From Botryllus schlosseri (lineage: Eukaryota), in NCBI GenBank assembly GCA_051294905.1, contig CM119372.1, positions 16,122,001-16,186,000 of the forward strand: a DNA stretch of 64,000 bases. Direction: 5' to 3'. Numbering within the stretch: the stretch's first letter is position 1; each line of letters begins with the position of its first letter. Of this stretch, positions 12,581 to 24,292 are shown one piece after another. A program made the translations under genes and the position numbers. The notes under the pieces were generated by a model. The model saw nothing but the letters and a program-made list of their open reading frames with translations, was not told the origin of the DNA and ran no database searches.

Positions 12581-15499
12581 CAAGGGTCGGCAACCTACGG
12601 CCCGCCAAGCGAAATAGTCCGGCCCGCGACGAAATAACTAGTTACCACGAGAATACGGCTGGCCGTTTCGTAAGGAGTTCCAATCTGCACTGCAGCACTG
12701 CTTGGAATGAATGAGGCATTGCTCCGATATAGAGTATCCTACGTCGTATTAGTCTAGTGTTACGCCATAAAACTGGTGTGAAGGCGGTCGACTATAGCCT
12801 ATCTCGTACGAAAAGTAGGAGATGGAGAATGTCCAGGCCGTGTTATTTTTGGCATTTCAGGAGCCCGATGCCAAAACTGCCAAAAATAAAAATTTGAAAA
12901 TGCCAAAAATAAGCAATTTTTGGCATATGCCAAAAATAACACGGCCTGCCAAATAGTGTATTTCGTTCATGGTGTTGCGTTAACAGGACCGCGTTACAAG
13001 CAAGAAGAGCGTTTGTGAAAGGCAGGTTTCTTAATCTGGGTCCAGCCCACCCATTAGGGGTGAAAGCATGGTGTCCTAAATGGTGTGGGCACAGCGAGAT
13101 TGAACGGCTGACTGCATTTGGTTTACGTCATACTTTCCATTTGTCCAAAGGCAATTTTACGACCATTTTTGACCGGCTTGTCGAGCGCTAAATTTGATAA
13201 AATGGGTATCAATGAGAAGCTGCCGCAGTACTGATTATTAAAATATAAATTATATTCTGCTCATGGAACTGGAACTCCTAAAATCAACCACGATTTTTGC
13301 ATTGTGATCGAGTTGAACATTGTGACGCAGCAAACTGTCTGGCTATTTCTGAGCTGCATAGTCTCGTTTTGCCAGACAGTCTTTTGCGTCGATGTTCTTA
13401 AACAAGCTAACCTTCCCAGGACTCTTCCATGCGAGTTGGTAATATTAAAGCCACCTGAAGTGAAAAAATGTCCTCCGAAAATATATCGGTAGACTGAAGG
13501 AGAAATGATAGTCGGGCCACTAAATAGAATACGTTGAGAGACAACACAGGAAACTCCTGGAAAAGGATCAGGAAGAAAATTATTTCTGCGATGAGATCGA
13601 TGGCACTGGCGAAGTGATCTCTTTTCATGATGCATGGAAGCCGGTTCGGCCCTCCAAAGATTTTGAAGCTCTGAAAACCTTTTGTGGATGACTGGCAACA
13701 TTCTTTCCCTCAGCGGCTACCGTTGAAGCCGATATTTCCCAGATTCGCTGGGCGAGAAATGAATTTGGGAGAAACTTAGCTGACCCGAGTTTGGAAGCAC
13801 CGCTACAGTGCAAACGATTTAAGTCTATTCAACATCTGTGACAATCAGCTGTTGAGCGTGTTTGTTAGGCTTTTCTTTCTTTTTTGCTTATTGACACCGA
13901 TTCCGATGGATACTGCACATTTTGTGGTTTCGTTTGATATAATTAACCAATGAAATCGTTAGGTTTTTTCTTCTCTTATTGTTTGTTGGCACTGATTACG
14001 TGGATGCTGCACATTTTGTGGTGTCTTTTGACAAATTAGCCCAAATAAAGCGTTTTCGTGACTAATTCGAGCATGAAACTATCTATTTAGAGGGCGATGC
14101 CAAAACTGCCCAAAATAAAAATCGAAAAATGCCAAAAATAAGTTATTTTTGGCAGTTTTGGCATATGCCAAAAATAACACGGCCTGAGAATGTCTGTGGA
14201 GTAGACTAGACCAGTGCTTATCAAGCAGTTGTATCGCGCAACCGAGAGTATACCATACTTTTTAAGCGTTTGTCACCCAGATGGGGTGCGACAATAAAGG
14301 TGCCGTTCCTCTGCTCAGACGCAATGACAAAATCTCAAACTTTCCCTGTTTCATTATAGATAACTAGCATCCGTAGATAAGTCGTCTGTAGTTTAATTCA
14401 CCAGAAGACATTTTACGCCAAGACAACAAACCTGAATAGTGTTTTGGACACAATGGTGAAAGCTTATTTTGTCTCACGAACTGAATCACCGACAGTTAGC
14501 CTACCCCAGATATTACTAGAAGCAGAGCATCAATATGGCGATGCCTTGTATATTTGCCATGTTCGCGCATTAAGTCGAGAAGCTATGCTTGCACGAGTGT
14601 ATGAACTGAGAAATGAAATAGCAACTTTCTTTGAAAATACAAACATCGCCGACTCATAATCTTGTCATCGCAAATGGGTATCTAATCTTGCTTTCATAGT
14701 ACATTTAACGTCACATCTACACAAATTGAATTTGCAACGTCAGGGGGAAACAACTAAATACATATGATGTTGAGACGCATTCGAAACAAAACTGCGACTC
14801 TGGGAAAGTCAACAGTACAAAGAAAATTATGCTCACTTTGCTATACTGGAGCAGAGTAAACCTAGTACCAGCACCATACATTTGTAACTGTGATATACGA
14901 TATTTAATTACTGAATTTCCACCCTTTTCCGACATTCGTTCTGTACAAAATAAATTCTGACTACTCAGTACTCCGTTTAACGTGGACGCCATAACCATTG
15001 CCGGAAAATTTCAAATGGACCCATTTGAAATGCGATGCAGTTGAATTGAATGACAAATTTCATACAAACAGCATATCGCTGAATGACTTTGACAAAGAGT
15101 ACGTTCTTGAAATGGGTCTTCATCCCAGCTTGACCAACAATGCAAAAGAAATGGCATCGATTTTTGTTCTCAACAATGAAATTCACGAACAGCAAGCTAA
15201 GATCACGTCTTCCAACGCCCATTTAGAATATGGTCTGATTCTTGCTTCATATGAGTTGTTACCAGAAGTTGAAAACCTTTCACAAAGCAAGCTGCGCCAA
15301 GTGTCACATTTATCCTGCTTTGTTGAAGTGTAAATACATGTGTTTTGCTCTTTTTGTGATTTGTATGATTGAGATTGCAGCATTGTGGGGTAATATACCG
15401 ACGTGAGCGATAAATATAGTATCAAGAAACATTCCGGCCCGCCAAAATGTTGTGCACTCGAAATTTGACCCGTGACTAGCAAAAGGCTGCCGACCCCTG
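12581..15499 (+). mobile_element. Decayed hAT (Buster/SPIN, GTF2IRD2-like) transposon
   Basis: Ends CAAGGGTCGGCAACC / GGCTGCCGACCCCTG. 8-bp TSD GTATAAGC/GTATGAGC. Transposase remnants at ~14400-15200 (YGDALYICHVRALSREAMLARVYELRNEI...KWVSNLAFIVHLTSHLHKLNLQ) contain stops and frameshifts. Confidence 0.8.
12834..14186 (+). mobile_element. Nested hAT-like element with a transposase C-terminal remnant
   Basis: TIRs CAGGCCGTGTTATTTTTGGCA / TGCCAAAAATAACACGGCCTG. Exact 8-bp TSD AGAATGTC. Remnant FEALKTFCG*LATFFPSAATVEADISQIRWARNEFGRNLADPSLE at ~13660-13800. The same TIR recurs at ~12928-12948 and ~41548-41568. Confidence 0.8.
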
Positions 15500-16282
15500 G
15501 TATGAGCAGTCGCTCACATAACCAATTTCTATATTACAATAGCCAATTACCCTTATAAAGCCTTCGTTCGTAGAATTATGAACAGCCAATAAAATATACG
15601 CCAGGGGTCGGCAAACCCCGGCACGCGTGCTATTTGTGGCACGCGAGATGATTTTTCATGGCACGGCAAATGATTTGACGCGAACTATTATAACCATGTT
15701 TTTGCAAAACATGAAACAGAAGTTTTCAAAATGTACAAAGCTCGTAGGCGATCCAAAATTACTTCGTAAATCAACAAAAAAATATAGTCTTTTAGGGCAA
15801 ATTTTACTTATCTTGAAATTATTTTTCGCGCTTCGCGCGATTAATTGGTCCCAATGTCTTGATTTTAATTTGGGGACCCCCAATATATATGTATACAGAA
15901 AATGTTTTTAAAATATATGCATAATGTACAGAAATGTGTCGACCGTATTAGCAGTTATGAAAGAACGTCCACCGAATATCGTATGAAACCATTTGGATGC
16001 TTTAGTCTAGGAGTGTTCTCTGTGCATCCTACGGGAGCGCATCTTACGAACCGGCATTCCGGCGCTGGGCATTTTCACGGTATAGAAGACACGACCCGGA
16101 CATAAAGTTTCGGATGACATGCGACCGTGCGACTTCTGTGTGGTATATGCGTTGCCAAAAGGATTGGCGGCGATAAAACCTTGAAACAAAATAACCGCCG
16201 CATGCTGACTTAAACGTTCGACATTGATATGTCCACTGTCTAGGAGTAGTTAAGTAGATCGGTCGCATGACGCAATGGGGTT

Positions 16283-16500
16283 CTTATGGGCGGGGTGGTG
16301 AGGTGCCTGAAAACCGGGGGTGGTGAGGTGACCCTTATCTCTTATGGCGGGGGTGGTGAGGTGCCATTGTGTCTTATGGCGGGGGTGGTGAGGTGACCCT
16401 TATCTCTTATGGCGGGGGTGGCGATTCGTAATGGGTTCTTATGGGTGCGGCCGTGATGATGGTACCCTTTCCGGTATAGGCTGCGGCGGTGAGGTGCCGT
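16283..16500 (+). repeat. Subterminal G-rich repeats (CTTATGGCGGGGGTGGTGAGGTG, ~25-33 bp spacing)
   Basis: Four perfect GGTGGTGAGGTG cores, then degenerate copies. Mirrored at 29560-29770. Confidence 0.9.
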
Positions 16501-17086
16501 GAAAACTCGGGGTCGTGACTCGCCTTTTTTGCTATAGGCGGTGGCGGCGATTCGCCTGTCGTGTATTCTTACGGGTTCTGTGGTGATTCACCGTGTGTTC
16601 TTATGGGTGCGGTCGTGATTCGCACTTTCGAGTATCTCTCGCGCGGTGTTGAATATGTACGAGTCAGCAACAATAACCGCACAAACGGAAACGTGGCTTG
16701 CAAGAGGATTAAGCAGTGCGACCTATATTTCGAATGACCTGCGCACTGAATTATTTCTCGTCCAGCCGCTACTATCGATTATTACACTAGACCGATTAGT
16801 GTGAAATAGTTTGATCGTAAATTATAATATATGATGTAGTTTAGACGTGTCAAATGACCGATCGTGTTCTCTTTCCTCGCAATTGATTGCTACCTGAATA
16901 ATACTTTCGGATTATTCGCTGTTTCGCGCCTACAGAATAGTCTGCTGTTCACAGTCACAACTTCATCGCGATAGCACAATTTTCACACCTCGATCAGTAG
17001 AACAACACTGCACTAACCCAGTTGTCGAATCACATAGGTCATACATATTACGTGAAATATTGTATTGTGGTATACAAATATGCAAA

Positions 17087-17722
17087 CTATTCTTTCAATT
17101 CAACAAGTCTAGTTAACGAATCGATTTTCAAGCTGCCGACACAGTTTTTAACACGAGTGAGTTGATATTTCTTCCCGGGTACGAGCGAGGCTTTGTTCCA
17201 TTGGTCCAAAACCACCTCACCAGTATCATCCTTCAATGTAAAACTGTATAATTTCAACTCCTTTCCGGCACCAGAATTGACCGTCTTCTCCTCTCGAGAA
17301 ACACAAGTAGCGGCGATCGAGACGTATTCATCTTTATTTCCGTATACCGATTCACAGGTCAATAATGGGTATTCTTCAGTCGTATGTCTCGATTTTCCAT
17401 GTAGAGTTACTGACGAAGCCCGTCCCAGTAATACAGCAGGTTTTCCAGTAAACTTGTCAATTTGAACCCAACCGGATTTGACCATGAGTTTTTTTCGTTT
17501 GGTGAATGCTTTCTCAATGTTCCCGAACAAATCACGATTGAAACACGTGAAAGATATCTCTTCGTTATTGCCGTCGATGAATATACCTTTGAGATATTGG
17601 CTAACGCCACCTCTTTTGGGTGATGAGACGAATTTGACGCCGACGTGAAAATTTGAAGTTGCTCCGACTTGCATAGTGTTGACACTGTTCGATGTCATAT
17701 CGTTTGATAAAGTGGGAGTCAT
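17087..17722 (-). CDS. 211-aa putative single-stranded-DNA-binding protein, tandem RPA/SSB-like OB folds (left-arm copy)
   Basis: Intact ORF. C-terminal half YVSIAATCVSREEKTVNSGAGKELKLYSFTLKDDTGEVVLDQWN...LVPGKKYQLTRVK fits the RPA-type OB pattern (LxDxTGx+x+xxW). N-terminal half YLKGIFIDGNNEEISFTCFN looks like a second OB fold. Fold assigned by eye. Confidence 0.72.
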   Translation of the reverse strand: MTPTLSNDMTSNSVNTMQVGATSNFHVGVKFVSSPKRGGVSQYLKGIFIDGNNEEISFTCFNRDLFGNIEKAFTKRKKLMVKSGWVQIDKFTGKPAVLLGRASSVTLHGKSRHTTEEYPLLTCESVYGNKDEYVSIAATCVSREEKTVNSGAGKELKLYSFTLKDDTGEVVLDQWNKASLVPGKKYQLTRVKNCVGSLKIDSLTRLVELKE

Positions 17723-19592
17723 CAGTGTAACTCACTACACAAATCAAGTTGAATCGTATTTGAATGTATTGATTCGACCCAACTCAAATCCTATTAACGC
17801 GATCTGTTGAATCGAACGTAACCTGAATATTACTGACGCCAACATTCACCATCATCGGATCATTCACACATTCCACGCCGCTGTTTTAACACTTATAGAA
17901 TCAATACCAACTATCTCTGACCCGATATTATTCAATCATTTTGGTAATTTGCCAACTTTAAATCCATTCGCGGGATGTACTAAAGGTAAATCCAAATAAT
18001 CCAGAATGAAATATTTGGACTTTGACATTGTGTGAATTGAAATAGGATTGACAAACATGACTACCAACTTTGATCCAGCCACATTTCAAACTCAAAAGAA
18101 TTATTCACAACATTAACAATTGTTAAAAATCTAGTTTCACTTACTTGATTATATCATTACAACTCACAAATTTGAATTAATTCATCCTGGTTGTATTCGT
18201 ATGCTCTATCTTTTTATTCAATTGTAAAGGTTGTTACTATTCTGAAGACAAAGTATTTACTAATCGGCGCATATACGATTTGACTTGGACATATTATATT
18301 TTGAGTATACGAGATTTGAATGTCTGAACAATAACTGAGAATTAATTTATCACAAATAAATCCGTAAAAGATATTGGGGTGTCAGCAACTCTGTACGGTC
18401 GTAGTTACAACCACATTAACTAATCTACCCAGGCAACTCGTCATGATCATTCCTGAAATCAACACAAACACGACCACTGACTTGAGTTAACCGCGAAACA
18501 CCATCAAGTTTTAAATCCGCTTGCAGCTGACGGATTATTCGAATACATCGATGAGGAATATTATTGAACTCGTCGGTATTGTTACTTCAACAAATTACAC
18601 CGACTGCGAAAGTTAATATCGAATGGTAAGACTTGATCACATATTTGTTGATCACAGACATGACGAAAAAAACATTACCGAGATTTTATAAACTAGTCAT
18701 ATTACTCTACACATCTATCAATATCAAAATGCGAGTCATCCAATTTTTCTACTAAAGTAACATTGCACATTCGAATTCGGTATAGTCATACAAATTGTAT
18801 TAAATCCAACATCAAAACAAAAGGAATTTTTTTTAGTTTATTGAAATCAAATCATTCGTCTTCGACTTGTGCTTTTCTAGATTACCCGCGACAATTCGTT
18901 TCGAGTGAGTTGTAACCAAAGTCAAGATATCTCTGTGTCCACAGATATGGAAGATGAATATAGCTAACACAATCACGAATCGACGTTTCAGAGTATTTCA
19001 CGGGTGTAATAAACTTGTTAGTGTCACCTATCTAAAAGTACGCACGCGTTCGATTTCCATACCGACTGTTGCGATGTTTAGGATTCACTTACAATAACCA
19101 CGGGTGAGGATTTAACATCAATGTCGTTACTGTCGGAATTTGCGACAGAGAATTGAAACATATGCACTTTACACAGTGTGAAAATATCACTTTGAGTATC
19201 GAGTACCGTTCGAAGCTAGCGATCAATTCTTAATCATTTCAGTAACTCCCCATTGTGCGTGCTAAATGTAAAATATCGCGAGGTTATACACTCTAAGACT
19301 TTGATTATTGTAAAAGTAAATTGTGATATGTTTGTTAGATGCATTCAATTCAACTAGAAGTGTCTAGTATCCAACACTCGTAATATCAAAAAAGTACTTG
19401 CTACACTGTTATTTGCTAAACGTGTTTTGCATTGTTGTTCATTTCTAGTATTGATTGTAATTGTTTTTGAACCCTCAAATAATAATTCCCGACATGAAAC
19501 TAAGCCGCCGAAAGTCGTTACCATCACAAAGAAACAATTTGCACGATGTTTACTAAATGTATCCTATAGTTAGGTGTACTGGAATTATTTGT

Positions 19593-19595
<3 letters not shown>

Positions 19596-19625
<30 letters not shown>
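19596..19625 (+). repeat. (CA)n microsatellite within left arm
   Basis: Direct reading; mirrored as (TG)n at ~26512-26540. Confidence 0.95.
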
Positions 19626-19627
<2 letters not shown>

Positions 19628-19680
19628 TCAGAGAAATTGGAAATTTTTCCGTTGTCATTCGCTAAAGTAAATGTCATCAC

Positions 19681-20304
19681 AATACTCTGTCACTAAAAGA
19701 CGTTACTTGGACGTGCTTGAATTCTAGACATAGTTCTGATTTACCCAACACAAGACCCAAGGACAACCCTAGTTTCAGCCGAACACAGATATCCAAAATA
19801 TCACACACTTCGCTATTCCTAAAGCACAAACACATGATACAAAATAATACTTGTTGTGTTGTTGCGGCATCATCACTTAACAATATCACCCTCAATACAA
19901 ATGATGTTTATGTGTAACATGCTATTGATTTGAACCACACCCACCTGACGGAAGAGGATTTACTCAATCTTTACAAAATGGATATTGACCAACATCACAT
20001 CACCGGATTGTATCTGTTTCGCTGGATACGAGTTATGTTAGTTTAACAGTAAACAAATTTCACCCTCTTGGATTATGAACTCAATGCGTTAGCAGTCATT
20101 CAATATTTTGTTTGTGTCAACTAGTTACTTGGTATGTTACTCCACAACTCTTACAAAAGTACGAAGGATATTAACATCGCACTAAGTAATTAACTTTACT
20201 CGATATTCTCGCATTACGAAACTAAAGAATGGTTGGTTAGACTCTACAAACTGTTTCGATATCACAAGACCTTTATTGTCCGAATGGGTGTTCATGTGTC
20301 TTAA
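19681..20304 (+). pseudogene. Probable decayed ORF of unknown function within the arm (mirrored on - strand at ~25833-26456)
   Basis: One frame stays protein-like for ~208 codons with five internal TAA/TAG stops (e.g. HAIDLNHTHLTEEDLLNLYKMDIDQHHITGLYLFRWIRVML). No homology recognised. Confidence 0.35.
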
Positions 20305-21289
20305 GAACCAAATAGTTCAACACAGCACTAGTACCAACAGAAACATCAGAGTTGTTTACACAAAAGTTTGTATGCGTGCAGTATGCGAATACCATGTGTA
20401 AGTCCAGCACAATTGTGGTATCCACCCGAGTTTAGTTAACACAATTTACGACACCGAGGTCGCGTCATCTTTCGTAAAACAACAAACCAACCAAGCCTTC
20501 AGGATATGTCCATGTCATAGCAATAAATCAGCTACTCCAACAACAGAGTACATATGTTTTTAGTTACGGTGCTTACATCTTACACACAAATCAATCTACT
20601 TTGCTAACAAAAAGTGCTGGGTCATCAAGTGATTACCCTAACAACAAAACAGCTAAACGTACTATCATACAAAATGGCCGTTATAGTCACCAACGGTACA
20701 TGGTACAAGTAACAAGTCTCGAGAATCCAGTTATTGAAAAAACATGAAAGTGTTTCTCCTGCGCCAAGTCGTTATGTTGACGAAAGCGTATATTGTAATA
20801 TCATGATCGATTTGCATTCGTCGGTCACAAAATGTCACTACTCTAAATAATTATTTTTCACTCAAACACAAACGCATACTTGTCGCCAATCGTTTTCATC
20901 AAGCACGAGTTCAAGAAACCTGCTACGACATGAATTGTTATTTTTTTTTATGTTGTGTAAATAGGTAATAATTAATTTTAGTAACACTATATCAACATCA
21001 TCTAGTTGCGCGAATAGATTTACACGTGGTCTTGTGGTTTTAATCGAAGTATACAGCACGGTCTAATGTAGAGTCATCTCTACTGTACAGCAACTCGGTA
21101 ATCGAAATGCATTAAAATTTAAACAACGATCTTGTTTCGTCGCACCAAAAATATGTTTACTATCGCGATACTCTGCACAGGACGTGTAAATCCTTTTCAC
21201 ACTCGTAATAGTATACCAACAGCTACCGGCGACAACGTTTAACAATACCAACGACACTAAAAAACGATACCTACCCAAGTAAAATTACC

Positions 21290-21885
21290 ATTTTCACCTG
21301 GAGGTCGGTCGTTACCCGAGTAGAAATACCATTGTCCTTTGGAAATTTATCGTATACCCAGTGTAACAATCCCCTTTTCACTTGGAAATATATTTTTGAC
21401 CTGGATAACAAACCCCTTTTCACTTGGAAATCTATTTTTGCCCTGGATAACAAACCTTTTTCACTTGGAAATATATTTTTTCTCTTGGTAACAAACCTTT
21501 TTCACTTGGAAATATATTTTTTCTCTGGTTAACAAACCTTTTTCACTTGGAAATATATTTTTTCTCTGGTTAACAAACCTTTTTCACTTGGAAATATATT
21601 TTTTCTCTGGTTAACAAACCTTTTTCCCTGAGCAACAAACCATTTTCACTTGGTGGTCCGTCGTTTACCCGAGTAAAAATATCATTTTCTTTTGGAGATC
21701 CGGCGTTTACCCAGTGTAACAATACATTTTCACTTGGAAAAATACTTTTACCTAGAGTAACTAATCATTTTCTCCTGGGTAACAAACCCTTTTCGTCTGG
21801 AAACTATCATTTACCTGAGTACCAATACAGTTTTCACTTGGAAATCTACCTTCTCCCTGGGTAACAATATCATTTTCGTTTTGAA
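21290..21885 (+). repeat. ~41-42-bp tandem repeat array (TTTTCACTTGGAAATATATTTTTTCTCTGGTTAACAAACCT)
   Basis: Homogeneous central units with degenerate flanking units. It has one more 41-bp unit than the mirrored array in the right arm. Confidence 0.92.
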
Positions 21886-23246
21886 AACTGACAACCACAC
21901 CCGACAATTTGATATTTTTGTATATTGTTACAACGAACAGTGCCAAAATATACACCAACAACGACCCCGATACATTTGTTTAATCAAATATTCACTTGTT
22001 CTGATTCATCCCATCAAAATCATTGGGTACTCGCATGCAATAACAATGTGCTGTTGTACATCGACATGTATGTTTTCGGAATTGGCGAATAAAGCGGTTT
22101 CCGATATGTCCGTGATGTCCGGGTTCGTGCTTTGGATTTTTCAGAGTCAGAATGTCTGAATAAAACACCTCATCGACTTTGGTAACTGGTTGATACATGG
22201 ATAATGAATTTATGTTCCCCATCGCGCTAACAACACCTGGTTACTTGTGAGTTTCCTCAGATCTGTTTACTATATTGTGTCTTTACTGGTCAATACATTT
22301 CGCTCCAGTCAGCTGAAACCGGATCACTAATATGAGAAAGTGTGTGAACCGGATCCGGATATTCACTCATGAACCAACGACCAATATTCAAGTAAACATG
22401 TTACAGACCGTGTTTTGTCTCCATGAAAAATACCAATGCATACACCATCACATCAAGTACGTCGCGATTGTTCACAAGTATTCGCGTAAACCAGGTGTAC
22501 ATACAATGTGTCGGTGTACAAACATCACGGAAAACAAATTCATGTTCTCAAGTCTCATCATGCGACGACTCTGTACATTCAATGTGGGCATAGATGACTT
22601 GGGGGACAGGCAAGCAGCCATATTTGGACGTAACATGGTCTTAGTATGAACCAACCTCCACCCAACTTGTGAAAAATCAATCTCACACGAGTACAACCCT
22701 TTCACGGGTTCACACCTTGATTTTGCAAGATTGTTCGGATTCTCAGGTAGACTTGCATCGTGATCAAGACCTCGACATAATCGTGTTGCGTAACTCGCTC
22801 AATCCCTGCGCATTGTTGGTCATAACCTGCTAACTTTTTCGCCGAGACCGCAGTGTTTCACCCGACATAATGTATTTGGCGATCACCATCGTTATCAATC
22901 TTTCACGCGATGAATATGTTAGATGTCGCTACTCCCACATAACGACTACAGATAAACATCGTGAGCAGTGACTCCACATTGAAATCGTAAACATGGACTC
23001 TCTGTGTGTGTGTGTGTGAATCTCGAGTTCGATTACGATTTGATAATGTAATCCGAGGTGAATCTCTGCGGGTCGAAGACAGATTTCGTGTTAATCACGC
23101 CACAAGAGGGTGCTGTCTCGTAATTCTACAGGTCAACATAAACCGCGGTTGGAAACTTTTGGTCTAGTTGATCCAGCTGCGTATTGAAACGGTGTACCCA
23201 CACAGACCATTGAGAAAACGTTGTCGTTACCTGACTATATCCACGA

Positions 23247-23528
23247 GTGAATATGGGACTACGCGTAACGTTCCATAGATTCCTTTGGCCCCACGCCGTG
23301 GTTTTACGACACAGACAAGATGCAGCGGTGGAAATATTGAAAATGAAAAACGATACCTTGGTGGCATTTGATTTGGATTTTACACCTGATGAACCATACA
23401 CTCGATTGGTACATTGGGATGACGACTCTATCATCGAGGTCGAGGGAAAAGAAATGTACAGATTTGTTGGTGTTGTGGATATTCAGCGAAAATCAGGGTA
23501 TATGGTTATTAATGGTTCGCATATTTGA
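23247..23528 (+). CDS. 93-aa ORF of unknown function in the palindrome spacer (possibly the 5' part of a longer decayed gene)
   Basis: Protein-like composition (DTLVAFDLDFTPDEPYTRLVHWDDDSIIEVEGKEMYRFVGVVDI). The same frame continues past a few stops into the right arm to ~23777. Confidence 0.4.
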   Translation: MNMGLRVTFHRFLWPHAVVLRHRQDAAVEILKMKNDTLVAFDLDFTPDEPYTRLVHWDDDSIIEVEGKEMYRFVGVVDIQRKSGYMVINGSHI

Positions 23529-24292
23529 CTGAGAATATATCGGTACGCATAATGCCCTGTTCATTGTATCATACCATGTGTCATCTATGCCCACATTGAA
23601 TGTACAGAGTCGTCGCATGATGAGACTTGAGAACATGAATTTGTTTTCCGTGATGTTTGTACACCGACACATTGTATGTACACCTGGTTTACGCGAATAC
23701 TTGTGAACAATCGCGACGTACTTGATGTGATGGTGTATGCATTGGTATTTTTCATGGAGACAAAACACGGTCTGTAACATGTTTACTTGAATATTGGTCG
23801 TTGGTTCATGAGTGAATATCCGGATCCGGTTCACACACTTTCTCATATTAGTGATCCGGTTTCAGCTGACTGGAGCGAAATGTATTGACCAGTAAAGACA
23901 CAATATAGTAAACAGATCTGAGGAAACTCACAAGTAACCAGGTGTTGTTAGCGCGATGGGGAACATAAATTCATTATCCATGTATCAACCAGTTACCAAA
24001 GTCGATGAGGTGTTTTATTCAGACATTCTGACTCTGAAAAATCCAAAGCACGAACCCGGACATCACGGACATATCGGAAACCGCTTTATTCGCCAATTCC
24101 GAAAACATACATGTCGATGTACAACAGCACATTGTTATTGCATGCGAGTACCCAATGATTTTGATGGGGTGAATCAGAACAAGTGAATATTTGATTAAAC
24201 AAATGTATCGGGGTCGTTGTTGGTGTATATTTTGGCACTGTTCGTTGTAACAATATACAAAAATATCAAATTGTCGGGTGTGGTTGTCAGTT

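Larger units (their letters stand above)
16245..22598 (+). repeat. Left arm of giant inverted repeat (6354 bp)
   Basis: Reverse complement of 23580-29807. Mirrored ORFs in the track give coordinate sums of 46178 inside and 46137 outside the 41-bp array. Confidence 0.97.

Noticed and set aside
17087..17722. Helitron origin (some Helitrons carry RPA-like genes)
   Set aside because: The element has TIRs and a 6-bp TSD, with no TC...CTRR ends and no Rep/helicase.
19681..20304. Alternative genetic code (TAA/TAG=Gln) in the element
   Set aside because: The intact OB ORF ends at TAG, and other broken frames contain TGA stops. Ordinary mutational decay explains it.
21290..21885. CRISPR-like array
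   Set aside because: The units are contiguous tandem repeats with no unique spacers, there are no cas genes, and the context is eukaryotic.
23571..23610. IPCVIYAHIEC as a remnant of the Polinton pPolB exonuclease motif (PxVIYADFE)
   Set aside because: The catalytic Asp is absent and I see no other PolB motif nearby. The match is too short to support.
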